Source: Malacoraja senta (taxonomy: Eukaryota). Taken from it: a stretch of 64,000 nt of DNA. The stretch is from contig CM075991.1 in NCBI GenBank assembly GCA_038087875.1, positions 2,542,001 to 2,606,000 on the forward strand, read 5' to 3'. A program made the position numbers and the translations under genes. The notes under the pieces are model-generated. The model had not been told where the DNA came from and ran no database searches. It saw only the letters and a program-made list of their open reading frames with translations. Positions 12,601 to 23,726 of this stretch are shown here, in pieces (positions within the stretch are counted from its first letter, which is position 1; every line of letters begins with the position of its first letter).

Positions 12601-13439
12601 GTGCCTTGTTATTAAAAAATACTGCTGAAATACTAGGGCAGCACAATGGCACAGCAGGTAAAGTCACTGCCTCATGGCGCCAGAGACCCGGGTTAGATCC
12701 TGACTTCGGATTCTGTGTGTGTGGAGTTTGCACGCTTTCCCTGTGACCTCGTGGGTATCTTCTGGGTGCTCCAGTTTGCTTACACATCCCAAAGATGTGC
12801 AGGTTTGCAGGTGAATTGGCCTCTGTAAATTGCCTCGAGCAAGTGGGGAGTGAATGAGAAAGTGGGATAAGGAGGATCTGGTGTGAACAGGTGATTGATG
12901 TTGGGCTGAAGGGCCCGTTTCCATGAATCAAAAAATCTTTTCCCAAACTAGCATGATGAAAGTTTATGTACACAAAGTATCTCAGCTCAAAAGCTTCATT
13001 ACCTTTGGATCCAAATTCAAAATGGAATATTATTTGGAGCCTCAACTGCAACATACTGCATGCTTATCAGTAACAAGGAAAGTATTTCATCCCAGTGTAG
13101 GTAGACAAAAATGCTGGAGAAAAAACTCAGCGGGTGAGGCAGCATCTATGGAGAGAAGGAATAGGCGACGTTTCGGGTCGAGACCCTTCTTCAGACGCAG
13201 TGAGGTCAGTAAGTAAACTGAAGGAAATGCAAAACGATTCCAAGGATTAACTCTTTAAACCTTTAAATGAATGAATGTATAAGTGTATTGGCCAAGTATT
13301 CACATACAAGGAATTTGCCTTGGTGCTCCGCCCGCAAGTGTCTGAAAAAGGGTTTCGGCCCGAAACGTTGCCTATTTCCTTCGCTCCATAGATGCTGCTG
13401 CACCCGCTGAGTTTCTCCAGCACTTTTGTCTAACATGAC

Positions 13440-13607
13440 ATACAGTGACCGTTAGGAATGACACATGAAACATTAATGAACATAAAACAATTAGTGAATC
13501 TATTCAGTACCTCCTCCAAATCTAATATTTCCTCCTTGTTTAGGAAGGAAATATTAGCTTTGGAGGAGGTACTGAAGAAGGGTCTCGACCTGAAACAGCA
13601 TCCATTC
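13440..13607 (+). repeat. 168-bp segment duplicated at 15126-15293, containing a long hairpin
   Basis: Near-identical direct copies (ORF track shows MTHETLMNIKQ... twice). Confidence 0.9.
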
Positions 13608-14059
13608 TTTCTCTCCAGAGATGCTGCCCATCCCGCTGTGTTTCTCCAGCTTTTTGTGTATATTTTCCTTCTTGTTCAAGGTTCTCTATACCACATCCTC
13701 ACTTTTATATTGCAATTGCCTTGTGATAAAGACTAATATTCCATTTGCCTTTTAGATGTAATTATTTATTGCATTCAGTGTTATCTTTAAGCAGCTTACA
13801 TACATAAATACTTAAATCATTTTCAGTCTCCACTGCACCTAGTTTCTATTAGGAAAATATTCAGTTCTCCCCAGGGTAAAATTATCTTTCTTTCCCAACA
13901 TCACTTCAACTTAATGTTCATTCACGCATTTATCCCATTCCAGATCCTTTGTGATTCTTACTCCCATGGAATATATGGGTGGTATAATATACAATGCTGA
14001 GAAACAGCAACTTCTAACCACTAACCTTCAACACATTAGGACCTGCGTTAACAACTTAC

Positions 14060-14125
14060 TTTCTTGATTAATTTTCTGGATTCTTTTGGAACAAATTCAT
14101 CATCCTTATCTTCCTTCAAAGCCAT
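14060..14125 (-). CDS. GPAT2: Probable first coding exon of GPAT2 (MALKEDKDDEFVPKESRKLIKK); exon begins at 14152
   Basis: accATGg Kozak context, GTAAGT donor in phase 0 matching the next exon, ttttcAG acceptor upstream; no homology support recalled. Confidence 0.6.
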
Positions 14126-14199
14126 GGTATCAGCTTAAACGAGGAAAAGTTACTGAAAAATAGTTAATTATGGTTATAAATGTGCAATTAATAAAAGAG

Positions 14200-14765
14200 T
14201 AACTTGGTGAGACCACACCTGGAGTATTGGGTGCAGTATTGGTCCCCTAATTTGAGGAAGGACATTCTTGCTATTGAGGGAGTGCAGCGTAGGTTCACAA
14301 GGTTAATTCCCGGGATGGCGGGACTGTCATATGCTGAGCGAATGGAGCAGCTGGGCTTGTACACTCTGGAGTTTAGAAGGATGAGAGGGTATCTCATTGA
14401 AACATATAAGATTGTTAACAGCTTGGACACGCTAGAGGCAGGAAACATGTTCCCGATGTTGGGGGGAGTCCAGAACCAGGGGCCACAGTTTAAGAATAAG
14501 GAGGAAGCCATTTAGAACGGATACGAGGAAACACTTTTTCTCACAGAGGGTTGTGAGTCTGTGGAATTCTCTGCCTCAGAGGGCGGTGGAGGAAGGTTCT
14601 CTGGATGCTTTCAAGAGAGAGCTAGATAGGGCTCTTAAAAATAGCAGTCAGGGGATATGGGGAGAAGGCAGGAACGGGGTACTGATTGGGGATAACCAGC
14701 CATGATCACATTGAATGGCTCGAAGGGCCGAATGGCCTACTCCTGCACCTATTGTCTATTGTCTA
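14200..14765 (+). mobile_element. CR1 LINE 3' end
   Basis: VRPHLEY..QYWSP...LEFRRMRG.LIETYKI; (CTATTGT)n tail. Confidence 0.9.
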
Positions 14766-14838
14766 AATGTTCTCACGTTCCAAGGTTCTAGGTGGGATGG
14801 CAGGTTGGACCAGGGAGGAAGCCATCTACACTCTACAT

Positions 14839-15041
14839 CAGTGGTTCTTAACCTGGGGGTGGTGACCCCCTATGGTGGGGTCGTTTGGGGCTTTGCCGGG
14901 GGTCATGAAGGGGACACAAATAACATATCAATTTGTTGAGCCCATGTTTAGGAACCTAACAAAGGTACATACCACATGCAGTATTTTGTTCACGTATGGG
15001 CGTACTGGTGCCAAAAAGGCTCGAAAGTGCCAAAATCACTG
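14839..15041. mobile_element. hAT (Charlie-like) MITE
   Basis: CAGTG...CACTG ends; TSD CTCTACAT/GTCTACAT. Confidence 0.75.
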
Positions 15042-15895
15042 GTCTACATCTACACTCACGATGCCTTGGGAAAACAGCCAACATAATCTTCACCCCAGTT
15101 ATTCCCTCTTTCCTTCAGGCAGAAGATACAGTGACAGTTAGGAATGACACATGAAACATTAATGAACATAAAACAAATAGTGAATCGATTCAGTACGTCC
15201 TCCAAATCCAATATTTCCTCCTTGTTTAGGAAGGAAATATTAGCTTTGGAGGAGGTACTGAAGAAGGGTCTCGACCTGAAACATCATCCATTCAGGCTTG
15301 AAGGAACGTATCACCATGTTCGAGAACAACTTCAGTCTCTGTTATCAGGTTGCTGAACAGTCCTTTGACAAGCTAGGGTGCAGTCCCAATCTTCCAACCT
15401 ACCTTACTGTGGACTACGGATCTATACTTTACTCTTACATTATACAAAAGTAGCAATTTTTTTGTTCCGTACGCAGCGGAGTACAAAGGTAAGGATACTC
15501 AATATGATACCCGACATGAGATTGCAGTTTCTCTGTTCTGCATGAAACGGGATACACAGATAATGACAATGTATATGATCCTAGCAAATACCAGCTGGTG
15601 GCTTCTGCGCGCTGCATGTGTCAAGGTAAGGATGATGAATATGTTGACAACTGATACTAGTGGCATCCTCTGAACTTTGCACGCAGTGGAGTTCAAAGGT
15701 AATGACAACAAATGTGTTAAGAGCACGTCTGTGTGTATTGGAGGCATAATGGTAATGAGTGTGTATGTTAAATAGCAAATACTAGCTGGCGTGGAGCAAT
15801 TCAAAGGTAGGGAAAATGAATATGTTAAATAACATTCTAACTGGCAGCTTGGTTTAATGTATTAATGAATTGTACACCTCAATAGTGTTTGAGGT

Positions 15896-15948
15896 GGGGT
15901 GGGAGATTGCAACCTTCACATGGTCCGCCCTGTTTCGACGAATGCAAT
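15896..15948 (+). ncRNA. Predicted minimal HDV/CPEB3-like ribozyme (L3 variant TTCACAT)
   Basis: P1 GGGGTGG/CCGCCCT, P2 ATTGCA/TGCAAT, P3 ACC/GGT, J4/2 ACGAA. Confidence 0.7.
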
Positions 15949-16021
15949 CAACCTGGCGTGCACAATCAAATACAAGTTGTCCTACAACTTTTGGCTGTGC
16001 ACGCTATAGGCAAGAAGAAGA
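15896..16021 (+). mobile_element. Short retroposon headed by an HDV-like ribozyme, copy 1
   Basis: TSD AGTGTTTGAGGT (15884-15895 and 16022-16033), (AAG)n tail, near-identical to 54057-54194. Confidence 0.85.
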
Positions 16022-16049
16022 AGTGTTTGAGGTGTACAACAGTCTATAC

Positions 16050-17596
16050 CAGGGGTCTCCAAACTATGGCCCGCGGGCCACATCCGGCCCGCAGCAAGCT
16101 CTTAACACGTGCCGTGCGGCGGCTATTTAGCGGGTTCTGCGGTAGCGCGGGCAGGGGTGCAGTGCTGCCGCAGCTCACCGGAGCGCCACTCCGGCACCTC
16201 TGTAAAAACAAAAAGCCAAAATAAACAGCGGGGAATTTTAACTAACGGGAATTTTAACTAGAGGTTTATGGGCTGGTGCTTAGAGAACAACTTAGCACTC
16301 AATACAAAAAAAACAAAAGAGCTCATCATTGACTTCAGGAAGAAGCAGGGTGACCATCCCCCACTGCACATAAACGGAGGAAGAGTGGACAGAGTATCCA
16401 GTTTCAGGCTCCTGGGCACCCACATCTCAGCAGATCTCAGGTGGTCAACTAACACACACTCCCTGGTAAAGAAGGCACACCAACGGCTTTACTTCCTAAG
16501 ATCACTCAGGAAAGTCAACTTGCCACAGCTGCTGCTAGTGTCATTCTACCGTTGCTCCATAGAGAGTGACCTGACACATGGCATCCTGGTGTGGTAAAGC
16601 AACAGGTCTGCGGCAGCCAACAAGGCTCCGCAGAGAGTCATCAATACAGCCCAGATCACCAGCACATACCTGCCTGTCCTGGAAGAGATCTGTAGCTCTC
16701 GTTGCCTGCGGAAGGCATCACGCATCCTAAAGGACTCATCTCATCCCGCACATCATTCGTTTGCTCTTCTGCCCTCAGGAGAGCGTCACAGATCCATCAA
16801 AGCACACACCACAAGATTAACAAACTGTTTCTACCCCACGGCCATCACCACTCTGAACTCTGCACTGAACACACAGCCCCCATAGCCAATATTTTGTTCT
16901 GCTACACTATACTGTGATATATTGCACATTATCACTTGACCTGACATTTTCTTGCCGTTTTTGTTATTCGTTATTATTTATCTGATACGTTGGAGCTCGG
17001 GCAGTGCGCCTGAAATTTCCTTCTATGTATTTACAATGACAATAAAGTCCATTCTTTATTTATTTATTTATTTATTGTGGTCGGGGTAACCTGGTTAAAA
17101 GAGGGGGGAGGGGAAGACCCATCAGTACTGAGGTTCCCTGTAGGAGGGAAGGAGCAAGCACTAGGACCCAGCAGAGTCAGAACACGTGCTGTCTGCATGG
17201 TGGAGGTTGTGGGCCGGGTGCTGAGCCGGGAACTCTGGTGAGGTGACGGCTCTGGCCCGCTGGCGGCTGGTGGAGGCCTGTGGGGGGCTGGAGTAGAGAT
17301 ACAGGTCAGCGGCAGCAGCAGCATTGGTGGCCCCGGGAAGACCGTGAAGGTCAGCGACAGAGGCCAGTGAGTGAGCGCGCATGTGCCCAGAGCTGTGGCA
17401 GAGTCAGGGCGAGTTGGTGCTGGGCCACCACCTCGGTTAAAATACATGATTTCAATTTCTTCCATTTATTTTACTTAAGTTCTTTTTTGAGTTCATTAAA
17501 TTTATAAAACTGACATTTCTTTATTTTCTCCTACAGCCCGCAAAAATGTGCCAAATATATATGTGGCCCTCATGCTGAAAAGTTTGAAGGCCCCTG
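16050..17596. mobile_element. hAT (Charlie-like) non-autonomous element with a LINE insertion
   Basis: TIR CAGGGGTCTCCAAACT/AGTTTGAAGGCCCCTG; TSD GTCTATAC on both sides. Confidence 0.85.
16262..17070 (+). mobile_element. Rex1/Babar-type LINE 3' fragment
   Basis: WC..NNL.LN..KTKELIIDFRK, KKAHQRLYFLR; AATAAA and TTTA tail. Confidence 0.8.
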
Positions 17597-19333
17597 GTCT
17601 ATACCCTGGATGTTGGCTCCTGAATTCCCAGGAATTGGTAACATCCTCCCTGCATTTATTCTACATTGTTAGAATTGCATAGGTTTCTATGAGACTCTTC
17701 ATTGTCCTAAATTCCAATACAGGCATGGATGGCCCAGTCCCTCCTCTTTAGTCTACACCACCATTGGCCAAGTGATACTTCGTTGCATTCACTCAATAAC
17801 ATGAACAATCTTCTTTAGATAAACAACACTCAAAACTCCAACTAAGGTCACACAAGACCCGATACAACTGCAGGGAAAGACATCCTTGTTCTTACTTTAA
17901 TCCTGTTGCAAACATACCATGTGCCTTCTTCACTGCTTGCCACATGCTTAGGATGGCACAATGCATGAGACCCGGGTTTGATCCTGACCTCAGGTGCTGT
18001 CTGTGTGGAGTTTGCGCGTTCTCCCTGTAACCGCAAGGGTTTCTTCCGGGTGCTCCGCTTTCCTCCCACATCCAAAGACGTCTAGGTTTGTAGGTTAATT
18101 GGCCTCTGTACATTGCCCCTAGTGCGTGGGGAGCGGGTTAACATGGAACTAATGTGACTCGGTGGGCTGAAGGGCCCGTTTCCATGCGCAACGTCTAAAC
18201 TATAAACTAAAAAGCTTGCTTTCAATGATGGATTTACAAGGACATGTAGATCTTAGTGCATTCCCATTTTCCCAATCTCTCACCATTCAGGTAACATAAT
18301 ACCATACAGGACAGAACAGCTTTCATAAAGAGGGGTCTTGCCCCTGAACTCAATATCTACTCCTTTCTTACTTTCATTTCAGCATGTACAATATGCAAGA
18401 TGTACTCACCTGAAGGTGATCAATAAGGGAATGGGTGCAGATGATGTCTACATGGACTTTAGTTAAGCATTTAATGATGCCCCAATGATAGGCTGATCCA
18501 TAAGGTTATGATGCAAGGGATTCACTGTGACTTGGGCGCATGGATTCAAAACTGGCTTACTCATGGAAATTAGAGGGCTGTGGTGGAAGAGTTATTCTGG
18601 CTGGAGGTCTACGACCAGTGGAGTTTCTCTGGGATCAGTGACCGAGACATAAATGTAGATGTAGACACAAAATGTTGGAGTAACTCAGCGGGTCAGGCAG
18701 CATCTCTGGAGAGAAGGAATAGCTGACATTTAGAGTCGAGACCCTTCTTCACACTCTGACTCCGATGTTGGGTCAGACTCTGATGAAGGGTCTCAACCCA
18801 AAACGTCACCTATTCCTTTTCTCCAGAGATGCTGCCTCACCAGCTGAGTTACTCCAGCATTTTATGCCCATCTTCGGTGTAAACCTGCATCTGCAGTTCC
18901 ATCTTACATATAAATGTAAATAAAATGTATTATTATTATTATTATAAATGTAGGTGAGTTAGTTAGCAACTTTGCAGAAGACCAAGATTGGTGGATTTGC
19001 AAGCAATGAGGAAAGCTCTCGAAGTATACAGTGGGATGAAGGTCAACCAGGCAAATGTCTGGAGAAAAGGCAGATGGAGCTTAATCTGAATAAGTGTGCG
19101 CTGGTGCACTTTACGAGATCGAATTTGATCGAATGTAAGATATATAGTTGATGGCAAGATGTTTAAATGTACTGACGGACAGAAGATTTTTTCACACTCG
19201 CGTTCTCTCTCCTGGAATACCCTGTCACAGGGAATGGAGGGATATAGATCAGGTGCAGGCAGATGAGATTAGTTATCTTGGTATCATGTCCAGCATAGCC
19301 ATTGTGAGCCAAAGAGCCTATTCCCATGCTGTA

Positions 19334-19729
19334 TTTCTCCATGGATTGTCACCTTGTCGTGGTGGAGAAGCTTGCGTGGTCCCAAGAGCGATGCCGTCTG
19401 GAGCTATGCTCCTGGTAGGGCCACCCATGGTGGTGAGGTCGAGGGGGAGGTCTCTGACAAAGAGCAATCCAACCAAGACCTCAATGGTGGAACAGGCAGA
19501 GGATGATGGCTGATGTTAGTGGAAGGCCGGGAAGGTGGATGAAGGCTGCAGCAGAAAAGGGTCTCCGGTTGTCTTGGATTCCATGCCACTAGATCCTGAC
19601 CCAGATCTGTCACGGACCGTGTGGTGGCTGTCTGTGCAACATTAAACAAAAGTCACGCACAGGCGTCCTCCAACCCTGGAGATACCCATGGTCAGCCATG
19701 GGTATCTCCTAGGGGGGACCTAAGAAGAA
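19334..19729 (+). mobile_element. Non-autonomous RTE (Rex3/Expander-like) derivative with an HDV-like fold at its 5' end
   Basis: RTE-type 5' UTR (CACCTTGTCGTGGTGGAG...CCTGGTAGGG...GACAAAGAGCA), AAGAAGAA tail, no ORF. Confidence 0.6.
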
Positions 19730-20829
19730 CTTCTCAGTGTTCTAAGTTTGACATATATTGAAAGTGGCATCACAGGTAGATAAGAGTGGTGAAGAAGGCC
19801 TTTGAAATGCTGGCCTTCTTCAGTTTGGGAATTGAGTCTGGAAGTTAGGACTTTATGTTAAAGTTGTAACAAACGCTGGTGACTTGGGAGTATTGAGTTC
19901 AGTTTTAGTCCTCCTGCGGGAAGAAAGATGCCATTAAGTTGGAATGAGTGCAGAGAAAATTGATGAGGATGATGCCGGGACTGGAGGCCCTGAGCTGAAG
20001 GGAGAGGTTGGGCATGTTTGGACTTTATTCCAATGGAGCACAGGGAACTCTAGAGGCGATCTTCTAGAAGTGTATAAAATTATGAGGGGAATAGTGAGAA
20101 CACACATTCATTTCCCCAAAGGGAAGGGAAAGCAAGATGTAAAGGGCATGTATGGTTGGAGGGAAACAGTCAACAGGAACCCGAGGAGCACTATTTTTAC
20201 ACAGAGGATGGTGGGTATATGGAATGAGCTGCCAGAAGTAGTAGTTGAGGCAGATATTATAACAACATTTAACATTGCACTATACATGGATAGGAAAGTT
20301 TGAGACTGATATGGTCAAATGGGTCTAGCTGAGATGATGCAGTTTGGTCATAAAGCCTCATAAAACTATGCAGTTTGACTCTAAAGGTACGTCTTAAAGG
20401 AAATTCTGCAGTGATATCCATCACCAAAAACGATGGTCTTACAATGCTGGTCTTGGAGGGATTTTCCTTTGAATTCTGTGATCACAGTGCAATCACCTCT
20501 GCCAGGGATTTTTATTGTAAATGTCAGTTGTACCTAGCCTTGAGAGGGGACACAGGACATCTGGCACAACAAATAATCAGCAGGTCAAGCAGCATCTGTG
20601 GGTGGAAAGGAATGGTCGACATTTCAGGTCAAAATCCTGCACCAGGACTGAGAGTGAATATCTAATCTTCACAGGCTGCAGCTGCTGGTTTACAAAAAAG
20701 ACACAAAGTGCTGGAGTAACTCAGCGAGTCAACCCGCATCTAGGGAGAAAATGGAAAAGTGACGCTTTGGGTCGGAACCCTTCTTCAGACTGACATAATC
20801 TTGACATCTTGACGTAGTCTTGATCTGGG

Positions 20830-21308
20830 TCCTAGAAATATACAGCATGGAAATAGGCCCGACAACCCAACGTATTCAGACCAACCAAGTTGCCTAACCG
20901 TGCATGGCTCATTTCCCATCAAACCTTACCCATCCACATACCTGTCCAAGTGTTATTTAAATGCTGCAATTGTACATACCTCTGTATTGTACAATTATAC
21001 TGTTTCCTCTGGCAGCTCATTTCATATAAGCACCACCTTCTGTGTGAGAAAAGCTGCCCCACAGACCCCTTTTAAATCTTTCCCCTCTCATCTTAAAACT
21101 ATGCCCTCTAGTTTTAGACCGTCCTACTCATGAGAAAAGTCAGTTACTATTCATTGTATCTATCTGTGCCCTTCATGATTTTGTAAACCTCTATAAGATT
21201 CCCCTCAACCTCCAACACGGTAGGAAAAATGGTCCCAGCCTCTCCCTATTACTCAAACCTTTCAGACCCAGTAAGACGCTCATATATATATTTTTGCACT
21301 CTTTCCAG
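20830..21308 (-). mobile_element. CR1 fragment forming the outer layer of the nest; continues at about 31588-31700
   Basis: CR1 3' sequence breaks after TTGCACTCTTTCCAG and resumes ACATCCTTTCCATAG, as in the uninterrupted copies near 1970 and 6190. Confidence 0.7.
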
Positions 21309-22169
21309 GGACAGTTTTCCCCAGGTGCAATAAGGTAAGTGAACCATCCTCTCACTAGCGAGCAGTCCTGAGCTACCATCTACCTCATTGAAGATCCTCA
21401 GACTATCTTCACTGGATTTTATCTTGCACTGAACATTATTGCCTTTTTCCTGTATCTGTACCAGGCACGTGCCGTGAGTAATTAGTCAACGTAGGCAGTG
21501 GCTTTAAAAAATCTTGGAAACCGTGCATGCGCATATTGTTCTCTCGACTTTTATCAAGTAATTTGTCTTCAATAGGTCCTATCTGTTAATAAAGTATTTG
21601 AAAACATATAGCTCAAAGAAATTTACTTACCATATTATTTGTACACAAAATAGTAAGATTAAACGAGAACTTACCAGTTTGAAGTTTGATCTGTATTTTA
21701 TGAGGAGTTACGATGAGGGATTACGTGAAGAACCCGTCCAGCACGCATGCGCGACATACTTCAAAGCAGCGGTGTGGAATCACAGGAAACACAATAATTG
21801 AAATAAACATAGTAAAGAAAAGGAGAACTAAGATACCAGTTGATCTCTATAATTGAGGGTGGGAGCGGAGGGCACGTAATCCCTCTTAGTAACTCCTCAT
21901 AAAATACAGATCAAACTTCAAACTGGTAAGTTCTCGTTTAATCTTACTATTTTACTTCGGAGTCACGTGAGTGACTACGTGAAGATTTTAAAGCTCTGTG
22001 ATTTCAAACCGTGTAACAGTTCATACTTCACTCGCTGCCGAAGTCATTCAAGGGAGGAAGTATGTTATCGTAATCAACCATGAATCTGTTTGTAAAACAA
22101 TAATGGTATTTATTAAACAATAACAAAAGAAAAATGCTCCCCCAGGCTTAAATTATATATTTGCAGATT

Positions 22170-23138
22170 CTAAACTCTTTCTGCAAATAATACAGGATCT
22201 GCTAGCGGCTTATTGTAGAACGTTTGGAACGTTTTCTCCATGGACCACCCCACTGTAGCCAGGATGTGGTCCAGTGGCACGTCCATCCTTTTAGCCGCCG
22301 ATGTGGACGCTGCCCTGATGGAGTGAGATGTATATACGTCAGTATCTACTCCAGCAGCTCCCAGTACCTGCTTGAGCCATCTTGAGATAGTTTGGCTCGA
22401 CACCCGACCATGAGGTTTCTTGTGGCTGACCCATAAGGCTTTTTCTCTCCCTCGGGAATCTCTTGTTGTGTTGATGTAAGTGAGTAAGTGGGTCATGACA
22501 CATAACCGTGGGTCAGGTGGGTATGCCCGGAAATCCATAACTAGGCCTGAAGTTCCTGGCCTGCTCTGCTTTAGCAGCTCCTGAATGGTGAATGAGACAC
22601 GGTCTGGTGTTATAACCATGTTGTCCAGTCGCAGTAAGTGGAGGGACTGGACTCTTTGTGCTGAGACTAGTGCCATCAGCATGACCGTTTTCAGGGTTAG
22701 CTGTTCCAGGGTGAGAGACCTGGCTGGTGACCATCCCCTTAGGTATGTCAGGACCACACTGACATCCCAGATTTGGGTGTACCTAGGTCTAGGGGGGTTG
22801 GAGTTGAATATACCACTCATGAGTTTGATCACCAGCGGGTGAGACCCTATGGCCTGTTGTCCTGGTGCCTGTTTTAAGTAGGCTGACAGAGCACTTCTGG
22901 CAGTATTGATGGCGCTGTAGCTCAGTCCTTCATTATGGTGAAGGCCGGCCAGGAACTCGAGTACATTGGTTATGGTTGTAAATGAGTACGTTGTCCCAGT
23001 ATTCGAGCAGTATCTTTCCCACTTCCTGATGCTCGATAGGTATTGTTTCCTGGTGGACATACGGTGGGACGCTGTCATCGTGTTGATGGTCCTGTCAGAC
23101 AATCCCAGGCCCAGCAGTGGTCTTTTCATAATCTGCAA
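22170..23138 (-). CDS. DIRS tyrosine recombinase
   Basis: SAQR, HSIR, GWS...FY catalytic pattern; 322-aa open ORF. Confidence 0.92.
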   Translation of the reverse strand: MQIMKRPLLGLGLSDRTINTMTASHRMSTRKQYLSSIRKWERYCSNTGTTYSFTTITNVLEFLAGLHHNEGLSYSAINTARSALSAYLKQAPGQQAIGSHPLVIKLMSGIFNSNPPRPRYTQIWDVSVVLTYLRGWSPARSLTLEQLTLKTVMLMALVSAQRVQSLHLLRLDNMVITPDRVSFTIQELLKQSRPGTSGLVMDFRAYPPDPRLCVMTHLLTYINTTRDSRGREKALWVSHKKPHGRVSSQTISRWLKQVLGAAGVDTDVYTSHSIRAASTSAAKRMDVPLDHILATVGWSMEKTFQTFYNKPLADPVLFAERV

Positions 23139-23716
23139 CCCAGTAGGTTAATTTTGTCATGGCATGGATGACTTATGCCTGATACCGGGTGAGTCAATAG
23201 GTCTGGGCTACTGGGAAAGGTCATAGGAGTTTCGATGACCATGTCGAGGACCACTGGGAACCATGGCTGTGTAGGCCAGTCGGGTACTATCAAAATACCT
23301 GAAGCAGAGTCCATCTGTATTTTGCGCAGTACCCGACTGATGAGGCAGAAGGGGGGAAAGGCATAAAAGAAATAGTTTCCCCAGTCCAGCGTGAATGCAT
23401 CTATCGCTGCTGCCTCAGGGTCTGGTTCCCAAGCGACATACATTGGTACCTGGTGATTTAGTCTGGATGCAAAGAGATCGATATCTGGTGTGCCATATTG
23501 CTTTGTAATTTTAGCAAATGCTTTAGGATTTAACATCCATTCGGTGTTATCATTGAATTTGCGTGACCTGGTGTCTGCCACTGTATTTAGCTTACCTGGT
23601 AGGTAAGTTGCTGATAGCCAAATATGTCTATCAACACACCATTGCCAGATTATGTTGACCAAATTGTCACATGATATCGATTTTATTCCGCCCATATGGT
23701 TAATATAGGCCACCAC
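23126..23716 (-). CDS. DIRS RNase H C-terminus plus Dam-like methyltransferase domain
   Basis: VAYINHMGG, LPGKLNTVAD (RNase H); DIDLFASRLN, YAFPPF, IVPDWPTQPWF (MT domain). Confidence 0.88.
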   Translation of the reverse strand: MVAYINHMGGIKSISCDNLVNIIWQWCVDRHIWLSATYLPGKLNTVADTRSRKFNDNTEWMLNPKAFAKITKQYGTPDIDLFASRLNHQVPMYVAWEPDPEAAAIDAFTLDWGNYFFYAFPPFCLISRVLRKIQMDSASGILIVPDWPTQPWFPVVLDMVIETPMTFPSSPDLLTHPVSGISHPCHDKINLLGCRL

Positions 23717-23726
23717 TGTGGTATTA

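Noticed and set aside
13003..13045. Possible GPAT2 exon (cAG...AAG|GTAAT)
   Set aside because: 43 nt would shift the frame between the phase-0 exons at 14060 and 10240
12290..13054. 254-aa minus-strand ORF
   Set aside because: Runs through an antisense SINE and an off-frame Penelope segment
22170..23716. Prophage or bacterial contamination (integrase plus methylase)
   Set aside because: Both are standard DIRS domains within intact DIRS termini, embedded in vertebrate repeats
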